DNA from: Paraspadella gotoi
Lineage: Eukaryota > Animalia > Chaetognatha
Assembly (NCBI GenBank): GCA_051294375.1
Contig: CM119269.1
Span: 3,730,069-3,794,068, forward strand
DNA length: 64,000 nucleotides
Direction: 5' to 3'
The notes below the pieces were generated by a model. That model made no database searches, had not been told where the DNA came from, and worked only from the letters and a program-made list of their open reading frames with translations. Positions 40,701-58,277 of this stretch are shown here, piece after piece (position 1 is the first letter of the stretch; every line of letters begins with the position of its first letter). The translations under genes were made by a program, and so were the position numbers.

Positions 40701-40782
40701 GAAAGGCGTTCCTCCCCGAGAGAGAAATGAGGAAGAGGAAGAGGAAAATGGCCAACAACGAATTTCGAGATGAGAACAACAT
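37741..40782 (-). CDS. CREC-family multi-EF-hand ER calcium-binding protein (reticulocalbin-2/calumenin-like)
   Basis: Nine exons: 40782-40572, 40294-40226, 40146-40037, 39822-39755, 39620-39554, 39356-39236, 38672-38406, 38140-38057, 37931-37741. Signal peptide, HNEEFDHQ motif, EF loops DEGGDGYISHDE, DQDEDGKLGWEE, DVDGDGLVTEDE, DKDGDGAINLPE, DLDGNGKLEGEE, DKDRDALLSVQE; FYHPEDYPHM; ends SAATDYGKHLDDEL*. Confidence 0.93.
38860..39115. repeat. Degenerate 16-18-bp minisatellite (GGGCGCAATCCTATG) in a CREC intron; similar array at 14115-14230
   Basis: Tandem GGGCGCAAT/GGGAGGAAT units. Confidence 0.7.
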
Positions 40783-41369
40783 TGTTCTTTGTTCGAGTTT
40801 ATTGTTTGTTTTTCTTTGTTTGTAAGGAATGGAAGTAATAATACTGTTAGATTTTTTTGAACGATAAATTAATGTTTGTTTTAGCTTCTTTTTTTTTTGG
40901 AAGCCTCGTTGTGGGAATATATCGAATTAGAGACCTAAAAAAACTGAGATGTGAGGTTTCGTCGGTTAATTTGAAAGAAACGGCAAAAAAAAAAGAGCCA
41001 CGAAAAAAACACGGCATCCGAGTGAAAAGTGAAAACGCGGTGAAAAAAAACGAAATGTAAAAAGTGTACAACGCATTTTTAAAGCAAGGAAAAGTGAAAA
41101 GCCTCAGGATCCATGGTCGTTTGGCTTCATTAATGCTCTCATAGGAAGATCGGTTATTTCTGCGACTTGTTTGAAACTATAAAGACATAATTTGAACCAG
41201 TCTCGATCCAGGGAAACGGTTTCTTTAATTTCAGCAACAAAAGCCAATACAAAGTGATAAATAAAATAAAATAATGCAAAAATAAATTTAAAAAACTAAG
41301 ACTAAAACCTTATATGTCCACGCAATATGAAAACATAAAACTCGCGACTCGTTAAGGTAAGCGTCCCCT

Positions 41370-41576
41370 TTAGTCGTCACCGCCCCCCCAGGAACCACCC
41401 CCTCCGTTGCCTCCGCCCCAATCAAAGCTGCCGCTGCCGCTCAAGCAGCTGCCGCCTCCGCCGCTGCCCGAATCGCTCCACGAGAAGCTTCTCTGAAAGC
41501 CCCACCCTCGGGAGTTGGTTTCGGCGGGGCGGGATCGACCGCTCGATCTGCAGCATCGAGAACAGCAACCGCCCAT
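41370..41576 (-). CDS. Putative 68-aa acylated microprotein with Gly/Ser/Trp-rich tail
   Basis: ATG-started, GC-rich ORF in AT-rich flanks; N-terminus MGGCCSRCC (myristoylation/palmitoylation-like); tail FDWGGGNGGGGSWGGGDD. Confidence 0.5.
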   Translation of the reverse strand: MGGCCSRCCRSSGRSRPAETNSRGWGFQRSFSWSDSGSGGGGSCLSGSGSFDWGGGNGGGGSWGGGDD

Positions 41577-42397
41577 CGTCGGGTTGTTTTTATGCTGCGG
41601 CAGAAATTTGCGGCGCCGCTTAATCAGTTAATTTATAATATTATTTGTTTTTACGTCTTCACATCTGAAATGGAATCGTCATGGAAGATGCTAGTATATG
41701 AAAACGAAAATAATGTCACCTCGTTTGCAAATAATTGTAATTATTGAATATCTCGTGCTGAATGGAGACCAAGTTCGGCGACTTAAGCCGAACAATTAAA
41801 AGAACTAAAACACGAAATTAAACGAAGGTCTACAGATATATAGTCGGAAAATGACTGGTCGTGCTACAAGATAGATGCTCTTAAGGAAATGTAATGATTA
41901 TTTTGGTAATAAATTGAGCAACAAGCAATAAGTTATGAGATTCCGAAAAAAAAAAGCTAAAAATAAAAACCCAATGTAAAACGTAATCACTTGGTTGTAG
42001 CGAATAAATCAATTCAACGAAAGAGTAAAACAAACCGTTTAAAAAAAAAACAAGAACGCCCAAACTGGTTTAGTAAAACGCGACTAATCTAAATCATAAG
42101 TATATATACTAGGAGTATAAATTAAAAAAAACCACAAAAGAACTCGAGTAAGAGTCAAAAAACTAATAATTTCAAACCGATAATACACATTCTACACTTT
42201 TTTTGAAAACCGATCAAATCGATATATCTCTCTTTGACTCAGAGAAACTTTTAGAGATATAAACATCCCGAAATGTCGCTAGGGGGATTTTGTTGACGTT
42301 GCTTTTTAATTTGTGAGTATACGTTTCCATGGCGACCCAAAAATAAACATTACTCGTCGCCGCTCTCTGTTTTTGGCCTCCTGCTGGAGTGGATCAA

Positions 42398-42981
42398 TCA
42401 CTGCAGCATCCAAGCGACGGCGACGACAGAGAAGAGGGCCGCCATCTTGGACACGCCCACCTCGGTGGCGGCGTTGCACAAGTCGGTGTCGCAGTGGTAG
42501 ACGCTCGCCTTGACGTAGTCGTTGGCCGTGTTGTAGTAGGGCTTCTTCTTGCCCGCGGGTTCCTTGCCGCATTGGAAGACGTATTGCACGGAGCCCAACA
42601 CCTCTTGCACCATCTTGCGGCAGTAGCCGTCCTCGCCGCAGTTGATCGTCTAAGGTAAAGAGAAACGGTTGGGGATAAAATTGTCGTTTTTGTTGTTGTT
42701 GAAAACAGTAATATTAATATAACGTAAGTCAAAGATTTCGTGCTTTAATATACAACTTTAGTTATGAATTAAATTACGGGAGGCAATCCGAAAACAACGT
42801 CAGGCGATATCGAGACATACAACGATAACAAATTCAACCTGAAATCCAAACTCACTGTTCTATCCTCTTCAGCGGCGCAGTCTTTTTTTCCGTCGGGGAT
42901 GCACTCGTAGCATTTAATTGCCGCCGTTAGAGGGACGGCGACGGCGAGGAACGCCAAGGCGACGACCACGTAACGATTCAT
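42398..42981 (-). CDS. Ly6/uPAR three-finger GPI-anchored protein, quiver/sleepless-like
   Basis: Exons 42981-42856 and 42649-42398 (phase 0). Signal peptide, IKCYEC, YCRK, QCG, CDTDLCN, then hydrophobic GPI-type C-terminus. Confidence 0.9.
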
Positions 42982-44819
42982 GGCGAGAGGGAGACGGAGT
43001 GGGCGTGGAAGTCAGACAGAGATGGAGTCGAGATTTCGATTCGACCGGTAAGCCGTAGAGATTCTGTATTTTTAGGATCAAAATTAAGTTCTGTTTATTT
43101 AGTATAAAAATAAAATATTAAGAACTTGGAGAGTGTGCATGTACTGTAGTAAGTTTCTGTTTCTTTCGCTTACGAAGTGAAAATAAAAAAAAAGAAAAAA
43201 TGAAATGGCTGTATATGAACTTTAAAGATATATTTTTATATTATACAGAAAATACTGTACCACATAGTTAAAACAATAAAATTATTTAATATAGTATTAA
43301 TTGTTCGTGAGTTGAATTTATTTTGTACGTTAATTTCATATTGAATGCTATCGAATTCGAATATATAGTATTTAAGTCGTTGATTCCAAAAACGAGATTC
43401 CAAGGACGAGAAAAAACCGGCGAATAAAAAAACTAGGAGTCATTAATTCTCTCCTTGACTCCCTCTCACACAGTAACGCGACCAAGGTCATTTGATTGAA
43501 ACGATCAAACAGTAAACAAAAGGCCGGAGGCGACCCACTGAGTGATCGTGGTCAGTTTTCCCCAAATTTCCCTCCGAGTTTTGTGACGTGGCCCGGGATC
43601 GGGCGGGCAACGTAATCGAAAGACACGTAATCTTTTCGCTTTCTCGAGTCGAACTATAAATAAACCATAATTGCCCTTTTTTTCTTTTTTTTTCTTTTTC
43701 TTTTTTTTTTGCAATTGATTCGAAGAGCAGACGGAAGAGAAACCATGTAGATTAGTTAGGACGACGACGATGAATGCGACGACGGCTACAACAACGACGA
43801 CAACGACGACGACCACAACGACGACGACGACGACGACGTGGCGTTTTCTTCGTTGTGAAGAGAGGGCGACTTTTCTGAAACGCGGAACAAAGGAGCATCG
43901 AGTGAAATTATCGGGTTTTTTTGCTTTCAGTAGTCGGGTCACTTTAGTAGTGCTCTTAAGGTAGGGTGTAGTCGACAGGGTAAGGCGAGGTTTATTAACC
44001 CTTCGTCACGCCCCAGAAGTCGGTGAAGTTGGCGGAAATCGGCCAGGATTTGACACACTGACTGGTCCAGGCCGAAGGGAGGATGATGAAGATGATGACG
44101 ACGATGATGATGATGATGACGATGATGATGATGATTCAAAGCCGGTTGTTCGCTTTTTTGAGGGGCGACTTTCAGCCTCGTGAGTTTATTTTCTTTTTCG
44201 AAACTAAAATCAGCGTTTAGGATTGAGTCGTCCTCGTTGCAGCATCAAAGTAGCAGCAGCTCTTTGCTGAGTTTTCGCCCGGCGAAAGCCGACGACGACG
44301 ACGACGACGACGACTATGGGCATTTTCATTCATCATCGGAAGGAACGAAATTCTCACGGTTGACTTCTCTCATTCACGAAACAAAAGTTGGCGGTCGGAG
44401 CCGTGAATGAGGCAGCTCGTTTTGTGAGTCGTGACAAAGTTTGGGAGACGGACCCTCGTCCCCTTTTTTTTCGAATGACTCCGAACAATTCTTTTATTCT
44501 TATGAATTTGTTTTTTTAAATTAAAAGAATTTTTGTAGATTTTTATGGTGCAACCGTTATGTTTATATAAACTAAAACTATAATACCGTAATATTACAGT
44601 GGCATTAATTTAAATCTTTACTTTAACGTAATCGGACACACCAGCACTATTGTAATACAAACATTTTTCTACAACGGCAAAACTAAAATAAAATCTGAAA
44701 TTGTTTTTGACCTCACACCGCTTTCTACTTTATTAAAAAATATCTTTGTATTAATTTAAATTTTTTTTATTTCAGAATTATCGTCTTCCACAATTAGTAA
44801 TTAGGAAAACGTATCCATC

Positions 44820-46505
44820 ATGCCGCCCAGAAAAAGAACCGTCAGCAGCAAGAAACGACTTTCGATGCTGAAATTTGCCGTCGACGACTTGGGTGAGTAA
44901 ACACAATTTTGTTTGTTACCGCTTAATGCTTTATTGGATGACTTACTATTAAAAAGAACTCATAAGGGAGTTGTCCTTTATACAAATGAAACATTCTTTA
45001 AAATATGAATCGGAACGCCGAGCGATCAGCTTGCAGTGTACTGTTGTGTTATTATATTGTAAAACTGATGGTCTTAACCTACCACAGCCTTTCCGAAGTC
45101 AGGCTTATGTATTGATAAATGATTGAAATATTATATTGCTTGTGCCCATTTTATAAATCATCCTCCTCTAGTTTTTGGAAAATACCGGAACCGCCCCCAC
45201 TGGCCGGGAAAAGTCCTCGCCCTTCCGGACGAAGAGAACAAAAAGTACCGGATCTTGTTGTTCGGTTGCCGAGAAGAGATTTTGTTACCGGAAAAGAATC
45301 TCGTGGATTTCCGGCAAAACCTTCTCGTTTACGGGAGGCCCTCGCCGGACGAAGGTGAGTCTTGGCACTCGAAGTTCCGTCATACTCGGGATAAATCAAT
45401 CGGTCAAGTCAAATTCAACAATCATCTCATCGGTTCATCCTTCAGTTTTCAACGTCGGACTCTGGGAAGCAGAACACAATCCCGATCTTCTCAGCATCCA
45501 AAGACCCAAAGAACTGAAGCAACTTCTGGAGAGGAACTTCGCGGAAAAGACTGAAAGGGAAAATCCAAAGCAGCCTCTTCGACAAAAGCAAAATGAGCAA
45601 CTGCCGAAGAAGGAAACCAAGCACGAAAAGGAAAAGCAAGCTGAACCAAAGCAAAGGAGAAGCAAATCGAAAACGAGCCGGTAAAGTAGTACAGCTATTC
45701 TTTGCAATATTGCTCCCTTTCGAATTGAGCGATTGACCAATTAACAAAATGTATGATACAAGAGATTACAGGCTATTTTCTTTCCTATTGAATATGTCAA
45801 TTTTTTTTAATTTTTAACTTGTAATCTTACAGCAAATCAGTAAAAATATTCATAGTGGTATCGTATTTGTCTTCAAACATGGTGACACTATGTTCAAATC
45901 TCTTACGGACACAATTAAACTTGTCACGACTTAAGACGTAACATAGTGCATTTAACATATAACTATATCATAGTTGAAATTATTCTCACTAGTTTTAGCG
46001 CACCGTCGAATTAATCATTTTAACAAATTTAAACAAAATTTATGCTGTTGTTCACGCGGCTAGTATTTCGAATTCTCATATGAAATTGTATTCTTTCCCC
46101 AGTCGCTCGTCAACGAACATTCAACCCGACGTCCTCTTCTCCCCGAGGTCCGACTCTTCCGTCGAGAAGCCCGACCATCGTTCGCCTCTCCTTTCGCCCT
46201 CCGCCCAACGCCGCCGCCCTTCCGCGACAACCGGGACGCCAGGCTCTCCCTCCACGCCCTGCAATACCCCCTCGACACCCTCGACCACCGCGTCCCGTCG
46301 CGCCACCTGCCTCGCCCTTAAAGTTCCCAACAACACTCCCATGAGTCCCCCGAAAAACAAAAGGACTACGCGAGCCCAGAAACGTGCTTCGACCGAACCG
46401 ACAGATGCCCTCAGCGACGTGGGTCTCTTTATGGAAAGAATTCAGGCTTTGGAAAGGAAACAAAAGGCCAGGCGGAAGAGCCGCTCCGGACTCGGGGGGG
46501 AGTGA
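44820..46505 (+). CDS. PWWP-domain protein, HDGF/LEDGF-related
   Basis: Exons 44820-44892, 45172-45354, 45446-45680, 46103-46505. KFAVDDLVFGKYRNRPHWPGKV, LLFG, FNVGLWEAEHNP (cf. HDGF-family FNEGLWEIENNP); basic, S/T-P-rich tail. Confidence 0.85.
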
Positions 46506-47834
46506 AGAGGAGGGGGAGGAGGAGGGGGAGGAAGAGGAGGAGGAGGAAGAGGAGGCGGATGATCGTTTATTTCTGGGATTACTTTTACTCAACGAATGAT
46601 TTGTCGTATATTGCTCTAATAAAATACGCCTTCGAAATTTAAGCACATCAAACATCAACATCTATGCGAAGCTAAATGTTAATAACCTTTTTTATAGCGT
46701 CATTTGTCGTGAAGCAATCGAATTTTTATTTAAAAAAAAAAAGACAAAAAAAAACCAACCTTCATATTATATCTCAAAACCTTGACAAAATTCGTTTCCC
46801 AGTGGGATTCCTTTTTTTTCCTTTGTCACTTTAAGCTAATCAAACATTAATTTAACTGTTCTTTAATTCAATGAGCAGTTTACGTTTAAGCTTTCCAACA
46901 TCCGGGAACTTTTAGTTTCCGGATGAAAAACCTCACAATGTTTAAAATTCTGTTGTGTTGGGGGGGTTTATCCTCACCCACTCCGTAATTCCGACCACTC
47001 AACATTCCAAGCGATTCTTTAACTTTGTTACGCAGTAATTGAATTTATTATTTAATTGAAACAAATAAATCTCTCGTTCCGCGCTTCCTTTTTTTCTTTT
47101 TGTTTTGGAGGAAATGATCCGGGGGAAATCGGGAAAAAGTCTCCGCCCATTTAAAAAAAAATTGAATGGCCTTTTAAATCTGAAATAAAAAAAATATCAT
47201 GAAGATGAATAAGAAAAGTTCGCAAAACTTAATCTTCTAATTGTGGCTTAAGTTTGTGATTAGCGGTCTGAGTAATTGGCGGTATTTCATAATCTCACCA
47301 AACCCAGGTTTTTCCTCAAATTTTGTTTGATTAATAAAGGAGAGAGGGAGAGAGAAAGAGAGAGAGAGAGAGATAAAAACAGGATCAGCATGGTTAAACT
47401 TGTTGCCGTTCATCTAATTCTAACACGGCCCTTGCCTCCTCTGCTTCATGCTCGAGCAGGGCCCCGCAGCGGTCCACAGCCTTTCTTTTTCCTTGAAGAA
47501 AAAAACCCTCCAAACAGACTCTCCTCTCTAAACCAGGACGGCGCTTAAAAGCTTAAATTTCCCCTCAACGCGTTTAATGAATTTAATAAATTTTACTTCT
47601 TTTTTTCATCCTTTTTTTTTCCTCGTTAACGACGACGACGACGACGAAGGCGACACAATTTTTGACGAATCGGCGAAAATGATGACAACAAAAAGAGGAC
47701 GATAACGAAACTGATTCCTCGTCTCGTATTTCCGCTCATGCTCAAATAAACACCCACACGACGATGAGGATGACGACTCTGACGTCGAAACTGCTCGATG
47801 ACACTTGAGTGATCGTTCGGACGCGGCGGTCGCC

Positions 47835-52981
<5,147 letters not shown>

Positions 52982-53806
52982 GGTCGTGTGTTGTTTGTTT
53001 GTTTGTTTGTTTGGTCGTTTTTAGTTTGTTTGTTTGTCGTTTGTTTGTTTTTTTTTTGTTTGTCGTTTATTTGTTTATTTGTTTGCCGTTTTTTTTTTTT
53101 TTTTGTTTGTTTGTCGTTTGTCCGTTAACCACGAGGATTTTTATCTCAAATTGGGGTTTTTTTTTTCTTCTTTTTTTTTTAATTTTAGTTTAGTCGATTC
53201 TAGATTTTTATTCGTCAACTTNNNNNNNNNNGCGTTTTTAAGACGGACTCGTCTCACTCAAATTAACTATGGTTCCCTTTTTTTCCCTTGCGAGACTGTA
53301 CACGTGCTTTATTTTTTTAAATTAAAAAATATATCATTTCTCGTTCGAATTTAAAAAAAATCAATGGAAACGCAATATTAATAGTTTATTTTTTGTTCGT
53401 TCATTGACTGTGACAACTCAGGAAACCGTCCGGTGCTTCGCAACGATTCCTACTTCGTGTTATATGATCATGATTTTTTTTTCCTTTCTTGATTCCGTGT
53501 TTGCGTTTGGAAAAAAAAAGGTTTATTTTTTCAAGGTGTAATACTTATTTTGCGTCATTATTGATTTCGTTGTGGCCTTTAACTTAGTCTGGATGATCCG
53601 GAAACTGAACCACATTTACTTTCAAAACAGTTTAAATTTCTTTGTTTTTCATTCCGATTCTTCTCATTATTATTAAAACTGTTATGAAAAATTAAATTTT
53701 ATTTACATGCAGTGGTGAAAGCTTTATTCTTGCCTAAGCGTATACATAGTACGTAGTTAGTCTCCCGGATATTTACCCAAAATTGTTATATTTATATTTT
53801 TAGTTA

Positions 53807-54040
53807 TGAAGAGACAGTATTTATTGTTATATGTTAGTGACAGAACCGTTCAGTATAAGCAGTCCCTGAGCTTCGGATCAGGCTGTAACACCATGTTACA
53901 GGCGGGTTAAGCGCCCCGTCCCTCTTCACTGCTAGGCGGCCACCGGGCTAGAACCCCGGACCTTTGGGTTGGGAGGCGAATGACTTGCCTCCAGCACCAA
54001 TGGCCACTGATGAACGGTTGGTGGATATTAGTCCACCATA
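53807..54040 (-). mobile_element. SINE-like element, full copy
   Basis: Near-identical to 10462-10696. Confidence 0.75.
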
Positions 54041-55876
54041 GTTACGTCGCGAGTACTCGCGACGTAACTCTCTGAGTCATGTCACGTCATGTCATATCTT
54101 GTCTCGAGAAATACACGTGAAAATAAAGTCACTGCGGCGCAACACATCTTCTTTATATGTTTATGAATTCTCGTCATCACGCAATCATGAATTGAATGTT
54201 AACCAACATATAGGTAGGCCTTTTGTCATTAATTGCGAGATACTACATGAAAGGAAAATAATGTAGTAGTCAGTGCGTAACAAATATTTTAACTATTTTA
54301 AATTACATACGTATATATACATACATATACGACACAATGAAAAATAACGTGGCAAAACTGTCTCTTGCGGATTTTGTCCCTTTAAAGTGATTTCTGAGCC
54401 AAATTAATTGGTTGTTACTGGACATTATTGTGTCTGACCATAACCCTTGACTTTCAACAAAAAAGCTAACTGGATCAAAAATGGGAAAAAAGATGAAGCA
54501 ATATAGCTAGAAACGCTTACAAAATTTCAGACCATTGCTTTTATACATGCAAAAGGAGTATTAATATTATTAAAATGAAACTATAACGATAACTTAATAG
54601 TTAAACGAGACCAAGATGAATATTTTTGTAGAGAGATTGGCATGGTTTATTCTCTTCATTTACATCATTTTCTTCATTTACGTTTTCTGCATTTACTTGG
54701 GAGATTTTCTCCACTTTCTTTCTCTTTTAGATATATAGGCCTCAGTAGATACTCATAGACTTTCTACCCGTCCACAAACGGCTTTTCACGAGAGAGACAG
54801 AGCCGTTACGTTACGTCAAGCACCTTTTGTCACCGTTTCAGAACAGTCATTTGATGGGCTCAGGGCCCACAGGGAGACCACATAGACTCGATGTCGAGAT
54901 AGACTTGTGAACACTCTTGTGGAGGCCGGGGCTCAGACTCTGACCCACTGCTACGGACTTATGGTCTCACCATCTAGAGACCACAGAGGGTCTTGGTGAC
55001 CTTGTCGACCACGGCCCACGTCACCCCATCAGGCGTCGACGGGCTCTTCTTCCCTCATGACGGCGGCCGGCCGTAGGAGACGTCCACGAGCAGTTGTCCG
55101 GCAGGGCCGCGCCCACTTCCGGCGAAGACGACGAGGGACGCGTACGTCAGTCTCTTTACGTTGGAGCAAGACGGGGAGGAGGACGGAGAGACGACCCCCA
55201 CGTAGGGCTAAGACAGCCTTTACAATTTTTTTAACCCATCAATTCCTCCATTTACATGAATCATTAGTTTGTAATTAGTCAGTTATATTTTGTATAACAA
55301 CTTTTGAAACTATAACGTTTCAAAATTAAAAAAAAATATGATAATATTGTACAGTGAATTTTTTTATGCATGGAACTGTAACGTTCCGCCATTTTTCATT
55401 GTATCATACGTTCTTTTTTCTTCTTTCTTTTTTTCTTTCTCACTTTAGTTTTATATATCTTTCTTTCTTTCTTACTTTGATTTCATTTGTTTTATTTTTT
55501 ATTTCCTGTCACTGGCAAAATGCAGATAAATATGATAATGGAGATAGCAAAAAAAAAAAAAACAGTATGAACTTATCTCTTCGATGGTTCTTTGAAGTTA
55601 TCAATTCACTTTAGCAATTTGACTCCGCGATTATTTATAAAATGACAGTAAGTTTGAGACACTCTGAAGAATTCAGAAATAAAATTTCCTATAACCGGCT
55701 TGGCCAGTCTTCTAATTTAGTTAATGTCAAAGAACTTTACTAAAAACTATTTTCCAAATAGAGATAAAAAAAATCAAAATCAAAATCAAAATCATTTGGC
55801 TATCAGTTATAGTACAATCGATCAAATAATAACGAATCAATCAATCAATCAATGACATCAAATAAAATCACATCAA

Positions 55877-56192
55877 ATGGCGTTTCTTTTTTCCTTCATC
55901 CTCGGTACCTTGACATGTCTTATCATCGCGGCGAGAATTTTCTATCTCGACTTCTCTCGCCTTCTTCGCCTCTTTGCGGATAAAGTGAAACGAGTGGACG
56001 AGCGACTCCGGGGTAGACTCGGCAGACCCTTGGAGGCGGTGGAAGCGTTCTCCGAATTACAGCAACACTGTGGCGTCAGTTTGCTATCCGTGGCGTTTCT
56101 TGTCAAGAGTCGAGTGCCGCTGAAAGAAGAAGGGTTGACGAGCGCATTGAACCGAATCGCGAATGACCAACCGATATTGAGGATGAGAATTC

Positions 56193-56246
<54 letters not shown>

Positions 56247-57517
56247 TCGAAAAAGACAAAACTTCCCAAGGTTTGCTCTTTTTCGAGGAGATGGAAGAGT
56301 TTCATCCTAACGTAGAGGTTCTTTCCACCGACGATTGGAAGGCTGCGTTGAAGGACGACATCTCAAAGCCTTTCGAATCGGCCGTCGGTCCATTGTGGAG
56401 GGTGAAGCTGGTTGGAGGAGGAGGAAGAGCAGGGGAAGAAGAAAACTTTTGCGTCTTGATAATAACTTTCCATCACGCGATCGTCGACGGCAAATCCGCC
56501 GTCCTTTTCGGAGATCGACTCATGGACGAATTGAGCGGAGAGGACGTCACGAGATGGAAGACGAGCTTCGACGGACAGTTGCCGCCATCCTACGTTTCGA
56601 TTCTCGGCGAGGGGATGGGACTATCCGCTCTCGCAAAGATTCGTCTTTACTTCGGTTCCAAATGGGGACGAGGGTTCAATTACTTCCCAACAGCGAAGCC
56701 ATGCTCCTTTGTCAGTCTCTCTCCCAAGCCGGAAAAGCTTTTGATGTCGTTGAAGGTCCCGGCATCTCAAACCTACAACTTTTTGACTTTCGAATCTGAG
56801 GATGGGGTTTTGGACGACCTGCTCCGCCGCTGCCGTCTTCACGGATGCAAACTTCACGGGACTCTGCAAGCCGTGGTCTCCCTGGCTGAAGTAGAAACCT
56901 TAAAACACCTGAATACCGAAGAAGCCGAGTTTCCCGAATTTGTCCAGATTGAGAACGGGTATCCGGAATCAGTGCGCGATCTTATGAAGTCGCCTTTACC
57001 TTCTTCGGTGATGGGATGTTACGTCACGTTTCGGAGCATGTCCACAAAGATCCACTCAAACCCAAAATCTATCGAGCGATCATTTTGGACGCTGGCCAAG
57101 TCAATGAGCAATGAAATACACCGGAAAAAACGTGAAAATCCCGTGGAATTGTTCTTTAAGGTCGGCGAGTTTATGTATCGATTCTTTCCAAGTCTTTGGA
57201 GTCCGAAAAACTTTAGCCGCATGAAGGAGGAAAGGTATTGCCGCGAGGGACTACATCGCGACTACAGCATGAGCAACTTTGGCCAATTCCTCGTCGGGAG
57301 CTCAGAACGTCGGACCTTCGACATTATCACCGCCTATGCTACCGGCAACTTGGCCTATTCAGAATTGTGTTTCATGCACATGGTCTTGTCCCTTCGCGGG
57401 CGACTCTGCTGGACAATCAATTTTTGCGAACGCGTTATTTCTGAGCAAGAAGCGCGATTGTACAAGAGGTTCATCGAGAAGTTGTTGAAAAAGGTTGCGA
57501 AGGGGGAGCTCGGGTGA
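55877..57517 (+). CDS. Intronless CoA-dependent acyltransferase (condensation-domain/alcohol acetyltransferase-like) with N-terminal membrane anchor
   Basis: Single 546-aa ORF; QPILRMRI, GPLWRV, FHHAIVDG catalytic motif, CR..GCKLHG, SMSNFG; hydrophobic N-terminus; poly-Gly17 from (GGC)17 at 56195-56245. Confidence 0.88.
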
Positions 57518-58226
57518 ATTGAGGTGCGATCTGGCTGAGAGACAATGTGAACTTTCGCTCCCTCTGTGCAACATTTGAGGAGTGAAAGAAGAATTTTTCA
57601 AATATTAAAATGTATATAAGGGTGAATGCAAATCAGCAATTTAGTTTTTATTTTTTTACATAAATTTGGTGATCTTGAATCAATTTTTTTTAGTCGGAAC
57701 AGCTTACAGCCCTAACCATGATATAACTACACTGCGGCGTAAAAAAAAATTTTGAAAAGAAATGCAAACATGAAACAAAGCTGAATCGAAAGTTGGAACC
57801 GTGACAGTTTCATCAAAATCGAGCAAGCCGTTCAAAAATTATGGGACGTCGAAATCACTTCGTCAAAAAATGTTAAAAGGAAAACAATAATTTGTAATCA
57901 ACAAGAGAATGACTTCCTCTTAGCTGAAAAAACTTTGTTTAAAAAAGTGCTAAAAGTTCCAAAAAAAATTGAATTTAAAAACAGTGAGTTGGAAAATGAA
58001 ACCCGATTTGAAAAGCTAACTTTCTCGACTCATTGTCAAGGCATATCTTAACTGATCATTATGAAATTTTAACACATAAATAGTTTTAGTATTTTCTACT
58101 CAACTAATTTTTAAAATCAATGAAATAACCACTGGTTTGCAATTGACAGCATATTTCTACCGGCGCTTTTAAAATTGTCACCATGTATAATATGTAATAA
58201 TGTGTATATTGTAGGAAAAGTGCAAT

Positions 58227-58277
<51 letters not shown>

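Noticed and set aside
55877-57517. Calling the enzyme ChAT or a bacterial contaminant
   Set aside because: It lacks ChAT/carnitine-acyltransferase signature motifs, and it is contiguous with host repeats and intron-containing genes.
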